This document shows, in pieces, positions 19,990-31,790 of a stretch of 33,627 nt of DNA. The position numbers and the translations under genes are program-made. The DNA comes from Eledone cirrhosa. Its lineage: Eukaryota. The notes beneath the pieces were generated by a model, which saw only the letters and a program-made list of their open reading frames with translations, searched no databases and had not been told where the DNA came from. The stretch covers positions 1 through 33,627 of the forward strand of contig CAXHJY010001181.1 of assembly GCA_964016885.1 (NCBI GenBank). Direction: 5' to 3'. Numbering within the stretch: position 1 is the stretch's first letter; the number at the start of each line of letters is the position of its first letter.

Positions 19990-20904
19990 GTAAGTAAATA
20001 CTTTCTGCATGGTTTATTATTTTGTTTCACTCATCATTTTCTATCCTAGCCAGATTATTAATTTCTTTACCATTTGTTGAACTGTTCATCAATGTGTAAT
20101 GACAAAACTATCAATCAGGGAGATATGACTACAATTTATACAACATACTGATCAGTAGAAAGGAGTCATGGGGATAGTAGGTTACAATAGTTCATGTGAA
20201 AGTTGGATATTGTGGGTTTATAACTAAATCCATAATACTAGTATTCTATCTTGAGAATGATAACAAGGAGGGGATTATGGAAGAGAAATGAGAATAGGTA
20301 ATTAATAACCATAGACATGTTAAATACATGTGACAAAAGATTATGAGAGCTAAAACAAATCATGAGTATATATTAAAACAAAATACTTGATGTGCAGTTA
20401 ACATAGTTTCCTCTACTTCTAGATTAGTGTTGTGGCTTCTGTTTGGCAGGAAAGATAGAACAGTATTCTAGAATGTAGACCTAAAACAATTGAATATTCC
20501 TTGGTTTGTCATTGCTGTTAAGGAGAGGGAAGGATAATGTCGGAAAGTTACAGAATCATTTTAAGATCCAGTCAACGACTGAGGAAAGAAATGTTATGCT
20601 GTGCAAACTATATGTATGATATCAAATAATGAATTTGTGTGTGTGCGCACGCGCGCGTGTGTGTGTCTGTTCGTGTGTGTATCTGTTCGTGTGTGTGTTA
20701 GAGATAGGGAGTATGTGTGTATATTTGTGTCTAAATATCTTGTCATTAGATTTTACAATAACTACTTCTTACAACAAATAGATTCAAGCTATCAGGCTAT
20801 GACTTAAATCTCACACATTAAGACCATAATTGTACTGAATCATCTGATTTCCAACTTTAATATTTTTTAATTTGTGTTTGTTTGTTTTGTTCATTTATTT
20901 ACAG

Positions 20905-21031
20905 GGTCCATCCTGTGAAAATGAATTCCTTCTCACAAAAAATTCCAGAAAAAGACGAAATTTTAGATTTCTTGGAGATTATATGCAAAGGAGGTTATCT
21001 GAATATTGTAGCATTTACGAATTCTGGCAAG
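20905..21031 (+). CDS. Possible host exon (VHPVKMNSFSQKIPEKDEILDFLEIICKGGYLNIVAFTNSGK), product unknown
   Basis: Strong acceptor tttgttcatttatttacAG, donor AAG|GTAACT, open frame, unique-looking sequence. Confidence 0.42.
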
Positions 21032-22165
21032 GTAACTCTACAAACAATTCTTCACATTATGTTAACTTATGTCCGCTTATGTAATTGTTTCACATTTGTT
21101 ATAACAAAACTGTAAAACTTTTATTAGATTCTTTATCTAATTATTTTACTGTTAATGACTTTCAATGGCTTCATTGTTGACACCAACGTTATATTTGCCA
21201 CATAGAATATGTTGTAGTTGTTAACTAATAAAACTTTCAACAAAGTAATATATTTTTCCTACTAAAAGTAATGAATAATACAACAACATCAGCCACAAGC
21301 ACAAATGTTAACAGCGGAAAAGATGAGACAAACAATATATTGAACTGTTTTTACACAACATAGAACATAATGATTACATAGAAATACTAAAATTCTAGTA
21401 ATAAAATAAGGAAAAGAACAACAAACTATCATCATCATCTGCTATAAAGGTTGGATTCATCATTATATACCATGTCAGTACTCAATCAATGTTACTGTGC
21501 TACAGGGGAGGGGGATTAGTTTTCAAACATTTCCGCAGCTTACAAAGAACATTGGGTGTAGGAAAAAAGTACATACTTTAAGTTGGGAAGTTTCTTGTTT
21601 TCCTTACGGTACCACTTCATAGTTTATAAACCGAAGAAAAATAAGCAATCGATTACCAACTATCGATTTTGGTAAAGCTATGGAAGGCGCAAAACTAATC
21701 ATTAGTGGAATTGTCTTTGGATAAATTCCAGTAAAATACAAAACACCTTTTTATCTGTTGGGATCTGAGAGACACCCAAAACTATAGACAGCATGGTGTG
21801 AAGAATGTTTTAACTGTGGCAGCAGATACAATAGGACTGGACGTTGTATCCGCTAGAAACTATTAAGTTAAGTTATTATCACATATATATTACGTAAGAT
21901 GATTATGTTTGTCAATAGAAAAGCTTAAATGACGTTTGTCCGGGGCATCAATAAATCATTAAAAGATATTTATATATAAAGACAAAGAGCCATGTATCGG
22001 TAGAGAAACACATAGTATTTTGTACATGAATATAAAGCATATAGTATCTTGGAAAAAAGTATATACTTTAAGGTGGATGCTCTGAAAATACATCAATTGA
22101 GCTTTTCTACTGAGAAACATAATCATCATACGTATTATATATGTTATGATAACTTAGCTTAGTAT

Positions 22166-22168
<3 letters not shown>

Positions 22169-22258
<90 letters not shown>

Positions 22259-22308
22259 AACGTATATATATTTATTATATCTACATACATATATATATAT
22301 ATATATAT
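22169..22308. repeat. (CA)n/(TA)n compound microsatellite
   Basis: Directly visible. Confidence 0.95.
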
Positions 22309-22514
22309 GGGGAGGGTCATATTTGCGTAATATTGCCAGAATTAATAACAGAACACACTCACTGTTTGGTTGGTTTTCGCTTCTCGCTGTCTTTTATATA
22401 TATATATCTGCGATCTAACTTACTCGGTCCTCAATGTTGCCATTGACTGACCGGCGGTCAAAAATAATACAGATACAATATAGACACAAACACATATATA
22501 TAGTTTACATAATT

Positions 22515-22558
22515 TACATAAATCTTTCGTTGCACATCTGCAACATCGTCAGTGGTGT
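22515..22558 (-). ncRNA. Minimal hammerhead motif (element C left arm)
   Basis: Reverse-complement copy of 27103-27147. Confidence 0.6.
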
Positions 22559-22824
22559 TATATTCATTGTTCCTCCTGTTGTGTTGTATGTCTACGCCAT
22601 TTTTTTTTTTTGTTCAGTCTGTCTATATATTTATTTATTTATTTGCTTGTTTGTTTATCTTATTTTATTTTGTCTTCTTTGCGCATGCGTTTGCGTGTGT
22701 GTATAGTGTTATGTGTGATGTGTGACTAGTGTGTATAGTGTTGTGTCTGCTGGGTGACTAGTGTGTGTTTATGTGCTTGTGTATGTATTTATTTATCTTA
22801 TTTTATTTAATTTTATTTACTTAT

Positions 22825-24209
22825 TTATACTTCTCTTAGGTCAGTGTTGTTTGTTTGGGTGTTGTTGTTGTTCCACTCATTCTTTCTGTTTAGCTTTGGT
22901 CTTCTAATTTCTATTTCACTGGCCTCTCTGATTTGCCTATCTGCTGGGTCATTCCTATGTTTAGATATTATTCTAATTTCTATGTTGTCTATGTTACCGT
23001 CATGTTGTTGTCTAGCATGTTCGTATAGTACTGACCCGTTTTCTCGTCCTTTTAGTTCCCCCCAGTGTTGGTCTATCCTTTCACCTATGCTACGAGCTGT
23101 CTCACCTATGTATGTTGTTGTCATGTTTCTGCAAGTACCCTCTGTACATCTTATGTTATAGACTACGTTTCTAGTTTTACAGTTTATCCGGGGGTTCACC
23201 TTACATATGATACATTTCCTATTGGTACAGTGGGTTTTCTTAAAAGGGTAGGTTTTGCTGATCAGGGATTTTATGGTGGTTCCTGGCTTTTCTACCACCT
23301 TTATTTTTAAGTGGGTCTTTCTCAGGGCCTTTCTACACTGGTTAGCTAATTTCCCTCCAAGGGTGGCGTCCACAAACATGACACTCTGATATCTCTGGTT
23401 GTCGTACCATGATGTGGCCTTCCCTATCTTATGTCTAGCCCTATCTAAGCTATTCCATGATTTGCTCCTGTATAGTGGGCAAATTCCTTTCATGTCCAGT
23501 TCTATGAGGGTCTTATACTTTTCCATGGCTCCTTCGTATACTCTGACTCTGTCTCTTTGGTTGTAGCCAGAGAACTGCATGCGGTTGATGAAGTGTTGGA
23601 TGTGTCCTTCCATTTCTGTTGGGTCGCACATGCTGGACACATTCTTCATCACTCGTACCAAATCTGCGATCAGAATATTAAACTTAGCACTACTGGACAT
23701 TGCTGAGTTTTTGAGTATCAGGTATTTGGAGGCCATGGGTTTAGCATAGTGTGAGTGGAGAATTTGGGCTCTCTCGTCTATAGTGTTAATCCAGAGTTCT
23801 GTGTCTAATACAGGTAGTCTATTGTTAGGGTGTTTGGAAGGGAAGTCTATAGTTACAGTTATACTCTGGTGTATGGAATTAGCTATCTGCTGGATGCTTT
23901 CCATCGTGCTACGTTCTAAATCAAACTTGTTAGTGCTCTCTAGTGGGGGTGTTCTTATAACTATATTGATATCGTCTACATAACGAGAGTACATGATGAG
24001 GTCTATGGAGCTTTCATTAAGGAGATCTTTAAGTCTCCTTTCCCACCATACCATGAAAAGGTTGGCAACATCACCAGCTATGCTGACGCCGATGGCTGCT
24101 CCCTCATTTTGGGTGTAGATTTTCTCATTGAACTTAAATATGTGGCCCTTTAGGGTAGTTTTGATACTAGCCCCTATTGCATGTGCGACCATTTTTCTTA
24201 CCTGATCAG
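22825..24209 (-). pseudogene. Element C left arm: C-terminal half of RT + GIY-YIG, open but lacking RT motif A
   Basis: KMVAHAIGASI...GAAIGVSIAG...YSRYVDD...CTNRKCIIC...YIGETARSIGER...LNRKNEW. Confidence 0.9.
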
Positions 24210-26835
24210 TGTTATGGAATGCAAAACGGAGCTGGAAAAGTGTTTCACAAAAATACGTTGGAATGCAAAGGTAAACAACAACAACAATAATAACGGTAGT
24301 AGTAATATAAACAATAACTCTGGGTATAGAAATAACAGCCATAACCATAACAATGGCAGGAAAGTGAGAAATAGTGATAATGGCAATAATACTAGCGATA
24401 GACAGAACAACAACCACAATAATAATAATAATAGAAACGTTAACCACAGACACAGCAACAGTGACCACAGTAGTAATAACGGTAACAATACGAACAACAA
24501 CAATAACCACAGTGGTAATAATGGAAATAATACATGTAGCAACATCAACAAAAACAAGAAACATAATAATAGTAACAACCACAATGGTAGAAATAGCAGT
24601 AACAACAACAACAATAACGGTGAAGTAAACAACAATACATCTAGCAATCATAACAATAATAATATTAATGCTAATGATAGAAACAACAACAACCACCATG
24701 ATAACAATAATAGCAACACACACAACTATGACGATAGAAATAACGACAACCCCTTAGAGAAACTATTTTTCAACCCAGCTGACAAAACATATAAGATGGG
24801 TAATATCTATCCTACGAGGTTACCCTTTAATAAAAGAGTTTGCATACCACAGCAAATAGATGACGAGACGGAGGCACAGTTCACCATAGCTAGAAATAAG
24901 ATTAGACAAGTAGTAGACAGGTACACTATGAGACAGAGCAGACCAGAGGCCCAACAACTTGGGATAAAACCTGTAGAAGGCTTGGTTAGCCTCAAGCAGC
25001 GCACAAGGGATGGTGAGGTAGTGTGTCTACCCACAGATAAGTCTGGTAGGATGTCAATAGATAGCATGCCGAACTACATCGAGGCAATGCAACCCCACAT
25101 CACCAACACGAGCGAAGTTGCACAACTAACACACGATGGGAGAGAAAAAATCCTCAACGCTCACATGATGATGTGGACTGACATCCTAAAGCCAAGCAGA
25201 CGCACTGCCAACAACTTCCAGGCGTCTAACAATGGCATACCACCCTTGTATGGGCTCCGCAAAGACCACAAGACAGTCGACGACCCGACAACAGGACCAC
25301 CAACAAGACCCGTATGCGGAGCTAATATAGCTAGCAACTACAGGATCTCCTACTTCCTCTCAATGGTTATACGCCCCATAATCAAGATGTCCCCAGATGT
25401 ATGTGAAAGTACAGAGGACCTCCTCAGCAGAATCAGTGAGTGCAACAAAAACAGGAGCCTATGAAAAATGGTCGCACATGCAATAGGGGCTAGTATCAAA
25501 ACTACCCTAAAGGGCCACATATTTAAGTTCAATGAGAAAATCTACACCCAAAATGAGGGAGCAGCCATCGGCGTCAGCATAGCTGGTGATGTTGCCAACC
25601 TTTTCATGGTATGGTGGGAAAGGAGACTTAAAGATCTCCTTAATGAAAGCTCCATAGACCTCATCATGTACTCTCGTTATGTAGACGATATCAATATAGT
25701 TATAAGAACACCCCCACTAGAGAGCACTAACAAGTTTGATTTAGAACGTAGCACGATGGAAAGCATCCAGCAGATAGCTAATTCCATACACCAGAGTATA
25801 ACTGTAACTATAGACTTCCCTTCCAAACACCCTAACAATAGACTACCTGTATTAGACACAGAACTCTGGATTAACACTATAGACGAGAGAGCCCAAATTC
25901 TCCACTCACACTATGCTAAACCCATGGCCTCCAAATACCTGATACTCAAAAACTCAGCAATGTCCAGTAGTGCTAAGTTTAATATTCTGATCGCAGATTT
26001 GGTACGAGTGATGAAGAATGTGTCCAGCATGTGCGACCCAACAGAAATGGAAGGACACATCCAACACTTCATCAACCGCATGCAGTTCTCTGGCTACAAC
26101 CAAAGAGACAGAGTCAGAGTATACGAAGGAGCCATGGAAAAGTATAAGACCCTCATAGAACTGGACATGAAAGGAATTTGCCCACTATACAGGAGCAAAT
26201 CATGGAATAGCTTAGATAGGGCTAGACATAAGATAGGGAAGGCCACATCATGGTACGACAACCAGAGATATCAGAGTGTCATGTTTGTGGACGCCACCCT
26301 TGGAGGGAAATTAGCTAACCAGTGTAGAAAGGCCCTGAGAAAGACCCACTTAAAAATAAAGGTGGTAGAAAAGCCAGGAACCACCATAAAATCCCTGATC
26401 AGCAAAACCTACCCTTTTAAGAAAACCCACTGTACCAATAGGAAATGTATCATATGTAAGGTGAACCCCCGGATAAACTGTAAAACTAGAAACGTAGTCT
26501 ATAACATAAGATGTACAGAGGGTACTTGCAGAAACATGACAACAACATACATAGGTGAGACAGCTCGTAGCATAGGTTAAAGGATAGACCAACACTGGGG
26601 GGAACTAAAAGGACGAGAAAACGGGTCAGTGCTATACGAACATGCTAGACAACAACATGACGGTAACATAGACAACATAGAAATTAGAATAATATCTAAA
26701 CATAGGAATGACCCAGCAGATAGGCAAATCAGAGAGGCCAGTGAAATAGAAATTAGAAGACCAAAGCTAAACAGAAAGAATGAGTGGAACAACAACAACA
26801 CCCAAACAAACAACACTGACCTAAGAGAAGTATAA
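24205..26835 (+). pseudogene. Element C right copy: RT-GIY-YIG with ~107-codon internal deletion and a nonsense mutation
   Basis: Same frame across TGA 25462-25464, where the B-equivalent TNCIIGSMDV...ENHDELK is missing. TAA 26578-26580 is GAA in the left arm. Confidence 0.9.
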
Positions 26836-27102
26836 ATAAGTAAATAAAATTAAATAAAATAAGATAAATAAATACATACACAAGCACATAAACACACACT
26901 AGTCACCCAGCAGACACAACACTATACACACTAGTCACACATCACACATAACACTATACACACACGCAAACGCATGCGCAAAGAAGACAAAATAAAATAA
27001 GATAAACAAACAAGCAAATAAATAAATAAATATATAGACAGACTGAACAAAAAAAAAAAAATGGCGTAGACATACAACACAACAGGAGGAACAATGAATA
27101 TA

Positions 27103-27147
27103 ACACCACTGACGATGTTGCAGATGTGCAACGAAAGATTTATGTAA
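27103..27147 (+). ncRNA. Minimal hammerhead motif (element C right arm)
   Basis: ca-CTGACGA-t-gttgca-gatg-tgcaac-GAAA-gatt-TA-tg. Perfect 6-bp helix II, weak helix I; same position and geometry as in element B. Confidence 0.62.
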
Positions 27148-27420
27148 ATTATGTAAACTATATATATGTGTTTGTGTCTATATTGTATCTGTATTATTTT
27201 TGACCGCCGGTCAGTCAATGGCAACATTGAGGACCGAGTAAGTTAGATCGCAGATATATATATATAAAAGACAGCGAGAAGCGAAAACCAACCAAACAGT
27301 GAGTGTGTTCTGTTATTAATTCTGGCAATATTACGCAAATATGACCCTCCCCAAATATAACAATATCTGTTTCGACACACGATTTCATATAAAAAACCTC
27401 GCAAAACTAATTCATCGCCG

Positions 27421-27421
<1 letters not shown>

Positions 27422-27477
<56 letters not shown>
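27422..27477. repeat. (TA)n microsatellite
   Basis: Directly visible. Confidence 0.95.
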
Positions 27478-27480
<3 letters not shown>

Positions 27481-27533
27481 GGCCTTTCCTGATGATTTCC
27501 TTCGAATGAAACAGTTCTAGTGCTGTAGAAGCC
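27481..27533 (+). ncRNA. Type I hammerhead ribozyme in a ~140-bp solo cassette between microsatellites
   Basis: ggcctttc-CTGATGA-t-ttc-cttc-gaa-t-GAAA-cag-ttctagtg-ctg-TA-gaagcc; conventional helix III, GUA site. Confidence 0.7.
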
Positions 27534-27632
27534 ATTTCTATATTAAATATTGTTTATACTCTACTATGTATTGAGCAACTTACTTACTGTGGTTACCTCC
27601 CAATTGAACCCGACACACATAACACACACACA

Positions 27633-27692
<60 letters not shown>

Positions 27693-27697
<5 letters not shown>

Positions 27698-29129
27698 TTA
27701 CAGTAATCAAAGTTCAGTTTAAGTCATTTATTTGCTTACAATTGTTTCCTCCAAACCGAGGTTTGGATTCTTCGGAGCAACTATTTATAACATACTTGAC
27801 CTCCTTTTCAACCCAAGAGACACATAAAACATATGTGCATATTGATCAACAGTGGGGTGACATTCATCAAATGAAACAGCGTGGCAATTTACATATAAAG
27901 TGTTACATGATAAAAATAAAATAAAATAAAAGCAAGAGTGAAAATAAAGATAAACATGAAGCGTTGGCAGTCTATGAAGATAAAGCAAGAGGAAAGCTTA
28001 GAGTAGTCAGTGCATGAAGCAATCTCCAGTGTAGCATGCACGCTTGTCTTATCTATACATGATTAGAGTGCGTCAGAATGATATTTGCAGGGTCAGGCAG
28101 TTGAAGCAGGCAATCGATCTTATAATATAGGCTGAATTATTAAGTCATTAATTCTCATACATCTGTATGATATACAGTCTCGGATGCGGGGAAACACCAA
28201 AATATCAAAAACCTTCAACATACTATAAACCTTATTGTATCGTAGGCAAGGTCGTACCACTGTCCTTGCTCACACCACTACTCACAATCCATGAGACGCA
28301 ATATATATATAGAGAACACGCGTCTATCGTATAATTCGCAGTGGTTCAGCATATAGTCAAGCTATAAACGGTATCCAGTCGGTTCTTAATTATTATATCA
28401 TGCTGTCCAAATTCCGGAAGTGCCTGAATGATTAAGGGGAATTAATGCGTAAGGGGAGGTAACTAGCTAGTTATTTTAGTTACATTACTATGCTAAACTA
28501 CATTAATGGTGATTCAAATACGTGCCTATCATGTGAAGTTATAACTAATATCTAGAGTATGGTACCCATTTATAAGTTAGAGAGTTGTTCATTAAGAAGT
28601 ACAAGGGTGTATATACTAGGATGATTGCCAACCAATAATTAAGGGGTGTCATATCTGAACGTTCTATAAGAGGAGTCAGACTCTCAAGTCACTGCTCCAT
28701 GCAAATGTAATACAACAGTAGGACCTGGTATGGTCCCACTACTATATATGCCACCCGGTAGGCTCCGGGTCATTGCTTGCCTGCATCCCCAGTAAATCTT
28801 CGGTATGGTCCGGAGATCCGATCTCTCACATAAACGCACTAGTCTGGCCATCAGGTAGTAGACAACCCCCGTCTCAAATATAAATCAATTATGTATCACA
28901 TCTCCAAGCTAGAGTGGAGTCTATTAATAGGTATTAAAGGAGTCCACATCAAGATGATTACGTTCATAATTCAATGAACTGGTCGCTTACAGTATATACT
29001 CACTTAACAATACGATTATCTATCTAATCATCAATCCATCTCTTGGTGGTAATCCATGCACAGGACTATGCTATCACAACTAGTACCGTGTCCCCAGTTT
29101 ATACTAATCTTATATTTGTGCAATGCAGA
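27693..29129 (-). repeat. Element D left arm (long 3' UTR)
   Basis: Reverse complement of 31784-33222. Confidence 0.95.
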
Positions 29130-29308
29130 ATAAGTAGTCCACGGTCGGGATATCAGTATTAGAGGTACAAGGGGGTATTCCCAGGGTAGGTGGCACTCAA
29201 ATGCTGTCAGTATTATCTTTAGAGTATAGAGATGGGTGTGGATGTGAGGTGTAAGGTGTGCTACTGATGTTAATTGCTAGGGGTGGTGCCGGTTCCAGTC
29301 TGACATTA

Positions 29309-31790
29309 TTATATATAGGGTTTAAAGTTTTGGAACGAGTGTCGGAAGCGGTGTTGGCAATTTGCGAACACTTCTGATTTTTTATTAAGGAGATTATGTT
29401 TAGAGAAGATGATAGTATGGGTCTCTAGTAGACAGAGGTTACAAAATTTATCAGGTGGTTTGTACGATGTTGCACTACCTACCACTTCCCATTTAAGTGT
29501 ATATATTTTATTTTTAGTTTTTAGATAGTGTATGTAGCTAGATAGTGAAGTGGAGTTGGCTAGACTGTGTTTTTTGAAAGAGTGGAGGTGCGAATGTATC
29601 TAGTTTTGAAGCAGTTAGAAGTGGAGCCTATGTAGGTTTCAGAAGAGCTGTTAGTTGTGACTGTACATGAGTATATGATATCCTTGGTTAAGCATTTTTT
29701 ATCTAAAGGGCAGGTTCTACTTGATCTACAGTTACAATTACTCTGGGTGCTAGTCTGCCGGTTACTATGCTGTGTAGAAGTTTGGAGGTTAGATATAGGG
29801 TTATGGTAATGCGGGTTGTGGTACGCAGCGTTAATGTTTACACTAGTGCTATTACTACTATTTCCATTGATATTACGGTTATTTGTTATAATGTTACTTT
29901 GACTGTCATTTTGAATGTTATTTTGAAGGTTTATCGACCGTTGTGATTTAGTTTGTTGGAAGTAAGAATTAATTTTTCTTTTATTTGTACTAGCTATGTA
30001 GTATGCTAAGTTAGGCGTAGTAGAGTATGAGATCTTAATAGTGTTTTTGTTTAAAAGGCCGTGGTACCTGTGGCCGGATGGGAAGTGTTTATCTAGTAGT
30101 GAGAAGAAAGCCTTAGGAAGGTTGGTAGAGACGTTTAAATTGAAAGGAGGGTTGAAAAATGTATTATTTCTTCTTCTATTTCTGTTTTTTATGTTTTTTA
30201 TGTCTGGTGATTTGTTTCCATTAATGTTCCTATGGTCATTTCTGTGGTACGGGTTACTCTTGTTGTTACAATCCCTATTAGTATGTGTGCAGTTGCTATT
30301 CTTATTATTAAATTTTCTCATGGACATGTTGTGTGAAATGATGTTGTAGCTATGTGTTTTTGTAGGTAGGAACTCTATCCCTGTATTATGGCCTGATCTA
30401 GCTAATGCCTGATTATAATACTGCGAGTTATTGTTAAATGTGTTTATGTCATAGGATAGATTAGAGATTCTATTAGATACTCCCTTAGAGATAGAGTTCA
30501 ATATAGATTTAGGGTGGTTAGACTTGGTATCTACGTAGATGAGTTTTTCATTAGGTTTGTGGAAAGGTGCATATATCATTGAGTCTAAGTAGAGTGTGGC
30601 GTCTAGGAAGTTGACGTTTTTGGTGTTTTTGTCCATGGTAATACTAAGGTTAAAGTTTTTGAATGTTTTGTGCAATAGTTTTCTAGTCCTTTCTATATTG
30701 AATTTTTTATAGTCTATAAGTAGAAGTGCATCGTCGCGATACAAACCACCGCTGAGGTACGGAAGTTCCCTGTGGATTAGGTTAAGTAAGTATAGGCCAA
30801 CCAAATCAGTGACCTGCGCCGAGTTATAGTAATGTCGAAGTTGTTTTGCGTATCCTTGCGGGTCCATAATTGGTCCTCAAAGGTGATTATTGTTTTACGG
30901 GCCGCAAGTATGACATCAATCTGGGGTCTAGTCAAGTCACTATTGTCCATGGCCATTATAAGTGCCTTATTTAGTAAGATAGGGGAAATAGAGGTGTAGT
31001 AAGAGTTGATATCAAATTGGATAAATTTTTTATCCTTGTTATCTATGATATTTTTGAACCATTCTATCACTTCACCCGTATTTCCCCATTGCTTAAGGTA
31101 AATCTTGTGTTTAATCTGTGGGATGATTTTGTCTAGGATTCTTTTACTGATAATGCCAATGTCAGACCTGGAGGGGCAGATTAGTCTAATTGAGGGGTTG
31201 CTAATGAAGTCTACCTTATGGTCCTTCAGAGAGAATCTAGGGGGGTTTAAGGTGTAAGGTTGTGTATGTCTCTGGAGCCCTAGTTTGGATACTATATTAT
31301 AGCCTTCCATATTAATATCTTCTAAGTTTTTCATAGTGTTTTTTTTGTAGCTTTTATGTAGTTCATTATATATAAACTTTCTATACGTATTATAATCTAG
31401 GCTGTATATGTTATTAGTTTTGTCGGCATGTACAACAATTTTACTACTAGTTTTGAAGTCATTAATAGAGGTGCTAAGTTTGTTTAAGAAGGTGTTGTTT
31501 TTATTATGGTGTTTTTTGTATTTAATATTTTTAACTAGTTTAATTAGGTCGTTTTCGAAGAGGTTTAATAGTGTGTTATGAGGGGGGTTTCTAAATGTTT
31601 TAAAGCCGAAGGAGTCAAATTTGTTGGTGTTATTATCCTTGCCTGATTTGTTTCTATCATAATGGAATGTCCTCCATCTCACTCTATTGATAAAGGAGTT
31701 TACACTGTTGATCAACAACTTTTCATATGTATTTTTGGTTGGTAAAGGTATGTTCTTGGTTGACATAGGGAGTTGGTCTTTGATCTGCAT
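29309..31790 (-). pseudogene. Naiad-like RT + GIY-YIG with two frameshifts
   Basis: STKNIPLP..SFINRVRWR..FGFKT..FENDL..ADKTNNIY..LKDHK..IRLICP..QFDINSYYTSI | SAQVTDLVGLY..GLYRDD..CNCRSSRTCPLDKKCL..IIY..YIGST | (shifted frame) SHLHSFKK..KWEVV..CNLCLLE..NKKSEVFANCQH..stop at 29309-29311. Lesions at ~30830 (MGS lost) and ~29595. Confidence 0.92.

Larger units (their letters stand above)
22308..27421. mobile_element. Element C: head-to-head inverted PLE (same lineage as B, distinct family), flanked by (TA)n
   Basis: Inverted repeat 22308-24197 / 25463-27353 (~1.89 kb, only a few differences); unique middle 24205-25462 encodes the N-terminal RT part; protein collinear with element B. Confidence 0.93.

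Noticed and set aside
21650-21866. Additional host exon
   Set aside because: Coding-like composition, but no clear acceptor/donor pair and stops in all frames.
22825-24723. 632-aa ORF as a natural membrane-anchored RT
   Set aside because: It spans the inversion junction, its N-terminal part is antisense poly-Asn, and RT motif A is absent.
25462-25464. In-frame TGA as programmed read-through or selenocysteine
   Set aside because: It is created by the deletion junction that removes ~107 codons relative to B.
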